From positions 124,001 through 188,000 of the forward strand of contig NW_027192199.1 in the NCBI RefSeq assembly GCF_041956535.1: DNA of 64,000 nt, written 5' to 3'. Both the position numbers and the translations under genes were made by a program. The notes beneath the pieces are model-generated. The model did not search any database. It saw nothing but the letters and a program-made list of their open reading frames with translations, and was not told the origin of the DNA. This document shows, piece by piece, positions 42,997 to 54,646 of this stretch. Within the stretch, counting starts at the first letter, position 1, and each line of letters opens with the position of its first letter. Source of the DNA: Calcarisporiella thermophila CBS 279.70. Taxonomy: Eukaryota > Fungi > Calcarisporiellomycota.

Positions 42997-44949
42997 ATGG
43001 CCGGTACAGTATTCATTCTTCTATGATGTTCTCTTCTTGAAAGGATATCATCATCACTCCTGGGAATGGCACTATAAACGTGCATGATGAAGATGCCTAG
43101 TCTGAGCAATCCCAGTGTATCGATTTGCTGATTCTTTCTTATGTATTATAGTGGAAGACGCTTCGATGCCAGTGGCACAGGATATTAAAGCAGTGAATGG
43201 CAAGGTATGTTTACACGTTAATAAAAATCGCGTCCGCTAGTTTTTCTCTCCTTGTTTTTTAGTATTCAGGGCTATTTTATTAAGAGAAAATGTCCACCCA
43301 TTAATCAATCTTTTGTTGAATGTTGTTTTCCTTTGCTAGATGGGGATCAAGGTTCTTCGCAAGAAGCTCCAAGGATACGTTGGGTTTTCAAATCTCCCAA
43401 ATCAAGTGCACCGCAAATCGGTCAAGAAGGGATTCCAATTCACTGTAATGGTGGTTGGTGAATCTGGGCTTGGGAAGTCCACTCTAGTGAACACGCTTTT
43501 TAACGCCAATCTCTACCCGCCCAAGAGTGAGGTCGACCCATCAGCAGAGCTTCCCAAGACGGTTCAGATCCAGAGCATCTCGGCAGACATCGAGGAAAAT
43601 GGCGTGAAATTGCGGCTGACGGTCGTGGATACGCCAGGGTTTGGCGACTTTGTGAACAACGAGGACAGGTAAATCTAGGGGCAAAGAAATGGCCTCGTAA
43701 GACTAATGGTCTACGAGGAGCATGAGTGGCACCAGGACTTGGTTATTGAGCATTTACATTCATCTAGCTGGAAGGCTATCTTGGAGAATATCGAGTCGAG
43801 ATATGACGCCTATCTCGAGCAGGAAAACCGCGTGAATCGCCACAAGATCGTGGACAATCGCATCGCAGCCTGTCTCTACTTCATTGCTCCCACCGGCCAC
43901 TCGTAAGCTTCCAGAATGAAGCCTCTGAAGGAAATACGTGGCTAATCGTTTGATCTTGGTTGTATTTTGGGTAGGTTGAAGCCGTTGGATATAGAGTTCA
44001 TGCGTCGGCTTCACAACCGCGTCAATCTTATCCCTGTGATCGCCAAAAGCGACACTCTGACTGAAGAGGAGATTGCTCTCTTCAAAGAGCGGGTGCGTGA
44101 TTCGTCCACGGATGCAAGTTGAGTGGCATGGCATTTAACGTGTAGTTTTATGTAGATTTTGGCCGACATTGCTTATCACAATATCAATATTTATCGGGCA
44201 CCCACGTATGAGTACGATGACGAGGAGACCATCACCGAGAACCGTGATATTATGGTAGGTTCTTACCATTCAACTTAACAAGACTTGCCGAAACTCAACC
44301 GAGGCTTCCTTCCTACCCCTTAGACGAAAATCCCCTTCGCCGTCGTTGGAAGCAACCAGGAGATAGAGCTTGGCAATGGGGTCCGTGTGCGCGGCCGCCA
44401 GTATCCCTGGGGAATGATTGAGGTAGACAACGAAGAGCACTGCGACTTCGTCAAGCTGAGGCAAATGCTCATTCGCACGCACATGGAGGAGCTCAAGGCA
44501 AGTATTGCCAACCCCTGTAGCGCCGTCCTCGGCTCCATTTTTCTCATCTGCTTCGCCTGTCCATTCAATAGGAAAATACCCACAATATTCTCTACGAGAC
44601 CTATCGCAGTGAGAAGCTGGCCGCGATGGGCATCCAACAGGACGAGCGCGTCTTCCGTGAGGTTGCCGACCCGCTTGCCAAGATGGAGGAGGAGCGCCGT
44701 CTCCACGAACAGAAACTCGCAAAGATGGAGGCTGAGATGCGGGCGGTGTTCCAGCAAAAGGTGCAGGAGAAGGAGTCGAAGCTGAAGCAGAGTGAGGAGG
44801 AGCTCTATGCACGACACCGTGAGATGAAGGAGGCGCTCGAAAAGAAGAGCCACGAGTTAGAGGAGAAAAAGCATCGCCTTGAGAGCGGCCGCCCCATCAC
44901 GCCTGAGAAGTCGAAGAAGGCGCTGAAAGGGTTTACCTTCTCCAAGTGA
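42997..44949 (+). CDS. CDC3: Septin, Cdc3/AspB group (multi-exon)
   Basis: [82 protein letters not shown]. Confidence 0.93.
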
Positions 44950-45569
44950 GCCTAAAAAGAGGACCGAGTTTGGATTACCATGGGGGAGGAAAATAAATAT
45001 CCATTGGATGTTTGATGATTTCGAAATATTTTTGAAATAATATCATCTAATATAATCATACATAGCACGAGTAATTATTGAATTTTATCCTTTTTTTTTT
45101 TGGCCTTTTTCACATGCTTCCTCCCATGACTCCGTTGTTCCTTTTTTTTTTTCTACCTTCTCTTTTTTGTTAGGTTATAAGTAATAATAAGTATTTTTCC
45201 GACACAAACGGCGGCTGATATCAACACCATTTTCAAACACGGGCGAAAAGTGGCTATGAAATGGAATTCCTAAAACCTAGCTATCATCTTATCTAGGGGA
45301 GGGGTGCAATTCTATGCGAGACCATCCAAACCATTTCACCTCATATTGATCAGGATGCCCTGGTGGTGGCAATTTTTTTTCATGTTTAAGTCAGAATCTA
45401 CTATGAAAGGTCGCTCGAGAGTTTGCTCAAGAGTTTCATTGGGGTTCCCCCATGAATATCCGCCCATTCGTAAGGGAGATCACTAGATGGATAGTCCAAG
45501 CTCCATGTATTGATTAAACAAATGGATTAAGAAGAAGTGAAAAAAAAAAAGACTATAAACAAGATGAGC

Positions 45570-46359
45570 TCATTGACTAGTTTTGGTAGACCGCCTCATT
45601 TTCACGTCCCAATTGTAGACTCTTGCCGTATTGACTTCCATGGTCGTGATCTGGTCCCGCAGAAACTCTAGATCCTCAGTCGTGTGCTTGAGGTTGGTTT
45701 GTGCTGCACTGAGTTTTGAGGAGAGGAGGGCCTTGGCATCCTCGATTGTATATTCTAACATAACGTTGGCCTTTGTGTTCAAATAACCAAGTGAAAAAGC
45801 AGAAGAAAGTGGATGAGTAGCCTGAACCAACACCGAAAGGTAGTATAGAGCATTTACCCCGAGCCAAAGATTGACGGTTTCGGGCGGGTTGATTTTAGCC
45901 ATGGCCCATAGGGTCTCATTCAACTCAAATTGCGTCTCGAGCGGTTCTGTATCCCCGTTTTCTCGGCGGCTCGCTAGAAACTCCACCATGGCAAGCGTCT
46001 TTTCTATCTCGGGGATCTTTTCTTCTAGTGCCTTTCTTCGTTGAAGCATGTTGATTTCCATGAATTTATATTTTCTAAAGAGCATAGAGTTGCGTAAGAA
46101 GAGGGTACTCGATTAGACAAGAAGTAAGATGATTAATTACGCAACAGCCTCTTGAAATTTGCGTAGAGTAGCCTCAATCGGCTCATCTTTTGGGATATAT
46201 TCAGCGACATTTTCCTGAATGCAAGATGCCATCGCAACCATTAGTTAGGCTCTTTCGTTAATCGTGCTTTTCCACGCAGGATCGTAATAGATCAAGGTCA
46301 TAAAGAGTGATATTTACCACAAATGGCGCCTTGGGAATGCCTCTTGGGTTCGTTTCCAT
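45570..46359 (-). CDS. PAC10: Prefoldin subunit 3 (Pac10/VBP1)
   Basis: METNPRGIPKAPFV, KYKFME, FELNETLWA, LWLG-ANVMLEY, FLRDQITTMEVNTARVYNWDV. Confidence 0.95.
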
Positions 46360-46864
46360 CGTGTATGTCAGTGCGAATGGGTGCGTGGATTCGTGGTTTG
46401 GACGGGATGCAGGTAGATGTTGACTTGAGTCTCGACGCGATTGAGATATGTGTTTTTGAGTTTGGGAGCCGGGTGTCGTCATCCGAATTCAATTTCCCAA
46501 AACCAGACAGAATGTAGGATAATAGCTTATTTTTTCATGGATGCAATCTATTTAGGGCATAATTCCAATCAAACTTCAACCTAGACAATACAATGCAATC
46601 TAATACACATTAAAAAAATGAAAAGCACATGCACATGTGCTTGTATGAAGTGAAATAATACAACTGATGCTCATGGAAACAGAGAAAAACAAGAGATGGT
46701 GGCCTTGGATTGCCAAACTTTTCAGTACACCTACATTCAGCTCACCGATAGCGCTAAATATTGCTCTCTATATACTACGCCAACCCATATATGCCTTGAG
46801 GGTATTACATGTGGATGGTTATCTGCAGTTTCAATTGATTAGATACACGGGACGATGGCCGCCG

Positions 46865-48782
46865 TTAAAAAGTAACATAGGGTCGAAGATAAACAATGGT
46901 GGATTCAAATTCGCGTGACCATCTCCCTTCAACTTTGATTTTTCCCGCATTCTCTCCCTGCAGCATGTCCAAGGTTGTTTCAAACTGATGAAGAATCCCG
47001 ATTCTTATATCCCGTGATGGATGAGTGAGGACGATAATTCGTACAAGGTGGCATATTGTTTTGACGGTGGCAAAAAAGAATGATTTGCACCAGCGCTTGA
47101 CATGAACGGAAAGCTGGAGACCTTCCATCAGCTTGGATGCGGCCTATACGTCCCAAGAAAGAGAGGTGATTAAATCTCAAGTAAGATGAGCTTGTATTCC
47201 AATGCCTATCCCTTGTACCTTTGTGCACATTTCGAAGGCGATTTCCTTCAACTTCCTTATTAGAGCTTCATCAAGTCGACTCCCGAGAGCATCTGATTCC
47301 AATACTCTAGAAAATATACAGCCCCATGACTCCCAAAATATAAAGCTAGCTTCAATAGAGCTCCATGAAAGATTGCTATCGCCCTCATCCTTAGCAACGT
47401 CTGAGTAAACGTGGTACGCATGGTGCAAAAGAGTGCACACCGGGATAAGGGTCTCCAAAACGTTTGTATCCGTCAGCTGGTTTGGATTGAAGCCGGGGTA
47501 GCGAGAGACTTTGGAGATAAGTTCGACTCCAATAGCAATACGAATCTTTGGTAAATAAAGGGTAGATAAGGATGTTTGAGCCGAATATCGAGTATTAAAA
47601 GGGGAAAAAAAGAGACTTGCCAATAATCTACTAGCTTCGACACACTCGCCCGGCAGTGGTCGTGGTCGCGGTGATGTCTTTATGATCTCCCATGAGCAGA
47701 TCGGAGACGAATGCGTATAAATGGCCACTATCATATCGGCTAAAATAAGCGAGTACCTATGCAGATCGTTTCAATATGGCGTGAGAGCGTGCAAAATAGA
47801 ATCGCCGGAGTCTGCGAAAAGATTACCATATCCGCCGGACGGTTTCCAGCTTCACCAAATCTTTCTCATGAGGGTCGTCACGATCCATCTGCAACGCTCG
47901 AGCCATTTCCATCGCATGGCCTAAATAGGCCCTGGCTCTCCTCATTTCCCCCAACATATTTGCGCACAAGTGAAGATTGAAAAGAGCCAAGACGCTATCC
48001 CGGCTTGGAACATCAAGTGCATCCTCTATTGCCAATTTAGCTTTATCATAAAAATGGCTGGCAATGCTAGGAAGGTGATGCGGATACGAAGTCGCATGGC
48101 ACGTGTATTCATGGCTAGCTGAGAACGCGAGGGCAGAATAAAGAAGTGAGGGCGGAAGAGTTCCTTTTTGGTATTGCTCTAAAAGTTCGGCCCGGTTGGC
48201 ATGGGGGCACCCCGTATAGCATTCGCCGAGATACATATGGAATAAATAGTCCAGCAGATTTGGCTTCATTAGAGTGGAAATCTGGGTGTGTGTGTCGGAG
48301 GCGGTATCGAAAGTAGTCCATGGGAGCAACTCATCCCCGGTGTAGGGCCAGTAAGTCTCGTAGAATAATTCCTGTTCCTGCTCTTTAAACGATGTAGTGC
48401 AATTAAAACGAGACATCTTAGAAGTAAGAATGCTGGAATTGTCTATCACGAAGTGACCTCGCAGCAAGCGCTCCAAATCGCTCAGCATTGTCAAACGCAG
48501 CTGAAATATAAGGCCACTTGGGGACATGAGAAATGCCCACCTCATAAAACGTCTTTCACCCTTTTTTCTTTTTATCGCCCAAGTCGATGAAGGTGATTTT
48601 GATACGGATGCGCAACCGCTCTGCGGGGTGGAAGGATCTGATATGAGGGTGAGATAGGTTGAGCGATGGGGGACATGGGGAGAATGCTGATTAAGTCTAT
48701 GTAGTTCCGACTCTATTTGATCGAGATCAAGGTTAAGAGACTTGACCTTGTACAATTGTTGCCTTAATTCATCACGAGCCAT
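46865..48782 (-). CDS. Fungal TF middle-homology-region protein without Zn2Cys6 domain, paralog 1 (4 exons)
   Basis: MHR-like LLYSALAFSA...FYDKAK..IED.LD.PS..SVLAL..L...YL.HA.EMARALQMD.D...ETVRRIW. No CxxC-x6-C motif upstream. Confidence 0.75.
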
Positions 48783-49413
48783 GATGCCGCTTGGAACGAT
48801 GAGAAATCTATAGACAGGAATATGCTATAGCAAAGATGAATGCATTACCAAGGGGAAACCACCTAGATTCTTGGCGGTGCTTCCAATATTGAAATTAAAA
48901 TAAAGTTTTAGGACGTAAAAATGTTAACAAATCTGTTATTCTCCAATTCTTCCTCATATGGCAATTTTGCATTATGGCCAATATGATAGTCTTCCCATCG
49001 TAGGGTACGAATTTGAATACATAAGAGAACTACAGGATACGCCTTTCCAGATGCTTGCCCATTAGTACCATTTCATCCCGTCAAAGTGCATCCGTATTTA
49101 AATCCGTCACACATGGCCAATCTAATAGATAACCTTCGTCTTCCTCCGTATTCTTTAAATCTCATGGGTCGAGGCAAGCTTGTCATGAGTAGAATAGAGG
49201 ATATCGATGGATACCTTGTTCCTGTTACGATTTTCTATGAAAGTCAAAATGTTTGAAGATGGGGGGTACGGATATCTTCAAGCTATCAATTAACAAAACT
49301 GTTGAACAAACACATATATGTGTATGTATGTATATAAAGTGTATCAGCCGTCGCTCAAGACGTTCCAAATATATAAATATATATATACAAGACACATTTC
49401 GGGCCATCGGTAG

Positions 49414-51317
49414 TTATTTCGGAGACTCCACTGGAACCTGAATTAGTGGTCGCAGCTCATCCAGGGTTTCTCGGAGATCCCGTAGCATGACCTTCACCAT
49501 ATTGCACTCAGTTCGAGCATAGGTCTGAAGGAGGTCATGCACCTCCTCTAGTTGGAGGAATATTCTGCGACGCACTTGCGGGACTGGGTGAATAAACGTG
49601 ATACGCTTCACGATATGACATGCCGATTGCAAGTACCCCACCGGATAAAACTTGCAAAAGTCGTTTTTAAGGGCGGCAATCCGCAAGCAAGAGATCAACA
49701 TGGACCCAGCCTTGAAACACTCGTCCAGCGCAATCGTCCTTATTTTCCTCATTGTGGGTGTCTTCAGTCGTTCCTCCGGGGCCTCGATCCCCAAGATCCG
49801 GCAAAAAAGGCGTCCCCACGCGTCCCAAAAAAAGCCGTTCACCCCGATGGAATACCAGAGCATGGTCTTGTACCATTTCTCATTCTCCTTCTTGGAAAAG
49901 ATCTGGAAGCTTTTCTGGATAAATGCAGAAAGTGGGATGAGGATATGGAGGATTTCAGGGTCGGACATGGTGTTTGGGTCGATGTCGGGAAAATTGACAA
50001 CCTCAGCGACATAATCGATACCCATCGAGTAGCACATCTATCCAAGTCGCAGAGTTAATGGCCAAGTATGGAAATGACATATGGCAGACGATTCGGAACC
50101 TACCAAAGTGACCACTGCCACCTCGCTTTCACCTGGAAGGGGTCGAGGTCGTGGTGAGGTCCATAGGACATCCAGCGGGATCAGAGGACGCATATGTGCA
50201 TACACTGCCAACGCCATATCCATGATGCAGATGGTGTACCTTTGGGAACAGAGGGAGAGGATCGTGAGAGGGGGCCAGAAAAGGAACGTCATTTCAATCG
50301 ACATTACCATATTCTCCGAGTGGTTTCCAACTTGACGCGATCTCTTACATTCGGGTCATCGCCATCCATCCCTAGGGACCGTGCCATTTCCAGCGCGCTT
50401 CTTAAATATACCGCCGCCATTTTAGTATCGCCCATTGTGATTTCGCATTGGAACATGTTGACCAGTGAAAGCACAGTGTCCTGGCTTGGAAGATCTAACA
50501 CATCCTCCACTTCTGCCTTGGCCTTTTCATGGTAGAATACGGCAACCGGAAGACATTGATCTTGAAAAGGGGTGATATGGCTAGAGTATGCATGAGTTGA
50601 TGCGTAGGCAAGGGATGAATAGAGGAGAGAGGGGGGGAGGGTTTTGTTCTGATACCGGTCTAAAAGTTCTGCGCGGTTGGCATGGGGGCATCCAATATAG
50701 CAATCGCTGAGATACATGTGGAATAAATAGTCTTGCACATTCCGATGCAGAGGCGCTGAGATCTCTGACTTTGCCGCGGTAGGGAGGTCGAACTTGACCC
50801 AGGGGAACGCTTCGAGATCTGTAGTTGGCCAGAAAACATTATAGTACACCCCATCCTTTGGAATGGGCTTAGCTCTCTTCTTATATTTATAGGGGATGTC
50901 GGGGACAGGAACATTATTGCTTTCTGTCATGAAATGGCTTCGCAGCAAGAGCTCCAGATCGCTCAGCATCGTCAGACGCAGCTGAAATCTTAGGCCACTT
51001 GGTGACATGAAGAATGCCCATCTCATAAAAGGCTTCTCGCCATTCTTCCTTTTTATCGCCCAGGTATTCGAGGTTGAACGTGAAATGGATTTGCAATTAC
51101 TCTTTGGTGAGGAGCGATCGGATCCGGGAGTGTAGTGGGGTGAAGAGGAGGAGGAGGAGGAGGAGGAGGAGGAAACGCCAGTGCTAGCAACATAGTGCAT
51201 TTCAGCCTGTAGCTCATCAAGCTGCGCGCCAAGAAGCTTGGCTTGGGATATGTATTGCGTTAACTGGTTGATTGAATCGTCGGATGAGGCTAGGTGGGAG
51301 GGGTGTTCTACTGACAT
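49414..51317 (-). CDS. Fungal TF MHR protein without Zn2Cys6 domain, paralog 2 (3 exons)
   Basis: Same architecture and intron positions as paralog 1: ETTRRIW followed by intron; PRPRPLPGE exon. Confidence 0.75.
51146..51172. repeat. (GGA)n/(TCC)n trinucleotide repeat encoding poly-Ser in paralog 2
   Basis: gaggaggaggaggaggaggaggaggagga read directly. Confidence 0.85.
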
Positions 51318-51557
51318 GGTGTTGTAGTTTGTACAAGCGAAGCAATAATTGGCAAAACAGAGCACTTTTTCTGTCCACTACGCATTATCTCATTTGATCT
51401 AGGTCAAGCCGTGGCATCAACAGAAAATATCGAAATTTTTTTATACCCAGAGCCAAGGTTTGAAATTGACATATTGTAAATGGATTGGAAGAGCATAAAT
51501 AAAGACCAAAAGAGAATATAAACTATACAAGAAATAAAGGGGTAAAAACGTCATGAA

Positions 51558-53639
51558 TCAAGCCCCTTTGGGAGGTTTTTGCTTTGATACAATTGTCCGG
51601 TATTTCAACGCCTGCGCTTCCTCCCACCCCTCCTCCTCGTCTTCTGTATCTATCCTCCCAGTCGCTTTTATAGTACGGATAGCCTCGGTGATTTCCCCGA
51701 GTAATCTTTTGCTCACTTCGCATTTCCCATTTGGGTGCGCCAAGAGAGCCTTTTTGACCCCGACCAGCTGCCGAAATGCATTCTCACGTGTATATACATC
51801 AGGGTGGTGTGTGAAAGTGTGCTTGGCGAGCTCGCAGGCAAGTTTGACTGAGTTGATAGGGGTATATTTACACCAGATGCCAACCGAGGCAGGGAGTCTG
51901 GCTGCCTTTTGAATACAGTATGCCAGGTTCGTTGCGGTTTTCGCGCACTCTCTTGTTGCCGTCTCTTTTAATCTAGCCCACTCTTCCTCCTGCCCCTCCG
52001 AATCTGCGGCTATCCTTAGAACCCTCCACCAGAGCTGCCCTATGGTATCCCAATAAAGACTCATGACCCACACCGCATGCCATGTCTGTGGCTGATGGGT
52101 GGCGGCCCGCATCGCATCCGTGAGGCTGTTTTGTACCCGCTGGAGGAAGTCTGAGACGGCGAAGTTGATGTTAGAGACCGGAGCAAGACAGGATAATGGG
52201 TCGGGGAGACTGACAAGGCATAAGAAGAACTCGACGCGCACCATCAAATTCACCTAAATGGGGCCAGAGAGATCAATGGGGGAGTGAGCATCGCCCATGG
52301 TGGAAGAGGGGGGATATAGAAAACATGGAATGGGAAATGAAAACCTACTAGCTGAAGACTCACGTCTTCGCTCTCCCCTGGTATATGATTCGGTCTTGGC
52401 GCATTTCGGATTAGATCAGGGGCAATCATCGGGGTAGATTGCTCGTGAAAAACCATGGTCAAGTCCAATAGACACAGCGCATACCTGTAGAAGAGTCGGC
52501 GGAATGAAAGCTTAGACGCTATGTCAACCTCTCGGTGGACCTCTTTCTCTTGGATATAGTTACCATAATCGCCGCCCGGTCTCCAGACGGATCGGGTTCC
52601 TCTCATGCCTCTCCTCTTTCTCCAGCTTTAATGCCCGCGCCATCGCCACCGCATGGTGAAGATGCCCAGCCTTGTTCCTGCGTCTTCCACTCGCTTGCTC
52701 GTACAAATGCAGATTGATCAGCGCTAGCACCGTATCTTCAGAGGGAATATCAAAAACCTCCGCAAGGGCATGCGTTGCTTTTTCGTAAAACACTACCGAC
52801 ACCTCTTGCAAGTGATGCGGTGTGAAGGGGGCGGCATGCGAAGCTATTGCATGGAGTGCCGACCATGCCAGGGCTGAGTAGAGGAGAGGGGCTGAAAGGG
52901 AATGGGTATAGTAGCCCTCGAGGAGACACGCGGATTCAGGGTGGGGAAAGAGGGGAAAGCAGCTGGACGCATAGATAGTAAACAGATAATCGGAATACTT
53001 TTTTAGTGTTGGTGCGGGAACATCGCCGGCGGCCCCGACATGAAGCACGGGGATGGGTGAGGGGAGACTTCCCAACCCCGTTAGCTCGGCGTCCATCAGG
53101 AATGGAAAAGCCTCTGGCGTAGTGAAGCGATTGAACTTTGCAAACTTGGGTCTTTTCGGCCGCCTTTTTTGGGCCCATTCCACACAAGATACGTCTCCTT
53201 TCATCCTCGCCCCCGGTCCCCTCTCTCCTCTCCCTCTGTCCCATCTCCCCTCGACCCCATCCTCCTCGGCGGCCTCCATTTCCCCTTCCAGCCGCGTGAA
53301 ACATCTCTTGAATATTCTATCTAAATCACCTATTGTGTTGATATGTAATCGCATGTACACCTTGTCTTTCTCGACGAAAAAATTGTACGAGCCGGTTGAG
53401 GAAGACCTGTCGGGGAGAGTTGAAGCGCCATATTGGCATTGGCGTGGAAAGAAGTGGGGCGGGGGGGCGGGCGATACCCGCGTTGCGGTCTCAGGGGGGG
53501 AAGACGTGCCGGACCGAGTGCGATGCGATAGAGACGAGTGGGGCCACTTTGTCGTGGTATAGCGGATTGCAACGACTTCCTCCTCTACCTCAACCAGGAG
53601 GTCATATAGATCATCGAGCTGAGCGAAGATGCTATCCAT
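51558..53639 (-). CDS. Fungal TF MHR protein without Zn2Cys6 domain, paralog 3 (3 exons, most divergent)
   Basis: LLYSALAWSA...FYEKA..AL.E.FD.PSE.TVLAL.NLHL...ETGRRLW; PRPNHIPGE exon. Confidence 0.72.
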
Positions 53640-54646
53640 TCACAAGTGGTTCTCTCTTCTATTCGAGAGGGGGATGGGACGGAATGAATATATAGTCCAA
53701 ATTCGAGGAGGAAAAAAGCAAGTCCGAGGTGGTTCGCTATTGTCACCGCGTACCACAAGGTTCAGACTGCATCGTTTGATCTAAGGTTTTATCTGGACAG
53801 ACGGGTTGGTCATCCTAGGATTACTCGCCTCTCTCACGCGTGTCGAGAAAACTCGTCCTCAACTCTAGGTGTAACCCCTTGCCCTAGGCTGCATCCCTAT
53901 TCTTCTTGAAAACAACGACTCCACACTATTCAGCAGTATAGAACAGTAAATTGCATTGCCACATTTCAGGCTCCTTATCCCTATCCGAACCGCTCGTCAA
54001 GGCTAACGCTTATAACCCTCCTTCCATATTAGTGCAACCTGGCGATACTCGTTCATTTTCATTGGCTGCCACTCACGAGATGTATCCGCATCGTGGCTAA
54101 TGCTTTTGTGCTACGAAAGACCTGTACTGTTGAAGATATGAGAACCTTAATTTCCTCAATAAATATGGTGTATTTTTAGAAACAGGTGGGCCATTGTCGT
54201 CATCTCATCCCGCCTTCTTTGGAACTTCACTGGAATATCGTTCGGCGGATAAGCGGGGGGGAACTCTAATACATCGGCCGCTCCTCTTTCACCTCAACCC
54301 TACCCGTCCGAGGTAACTCTAAATGAACCAAGTGTGCAGTTCCAGCTGATAAAAAAAAATTGCTGGAGCCAAAGAGCCCATTCCCCAATGGGGTAGAGTG
54401 TTGATAAGATCATTTCTATTTGTTACAGTTTACAGCTTTGAAGAAATTCAATCTACAGGGCTTCCTGGAGATATGGTTTTCACACCATAGGCTCTTCTCT
54501 TTGTCCGCTTGCGTAAGAAACTGTGCTGGCTTCCGCGCCACTAGAGTGGCTCGTTTCGCAGTGCGACAACGGATGTTGAATTCGTCGCTTGCCGACTCTC
54601 CTCCTTCCACGGATCCCCCTCCTCCTCCTCCTTCTCTTCCTCCTCC

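Noticed and set aside
51390-51460. TCTAGGT/CCAAGG words upstream of several TF paralogs
   Set aside because: Short and variable in orientation and spacing; cannot be separated from background by eye.
54404-54419. ATAAGATCATTTCTAT resembles U3 snoRNA box A
   Set aside because: No box A'/GAC or splice acceptor upstream and no C', B, C or D boxes downstream; probably chance.
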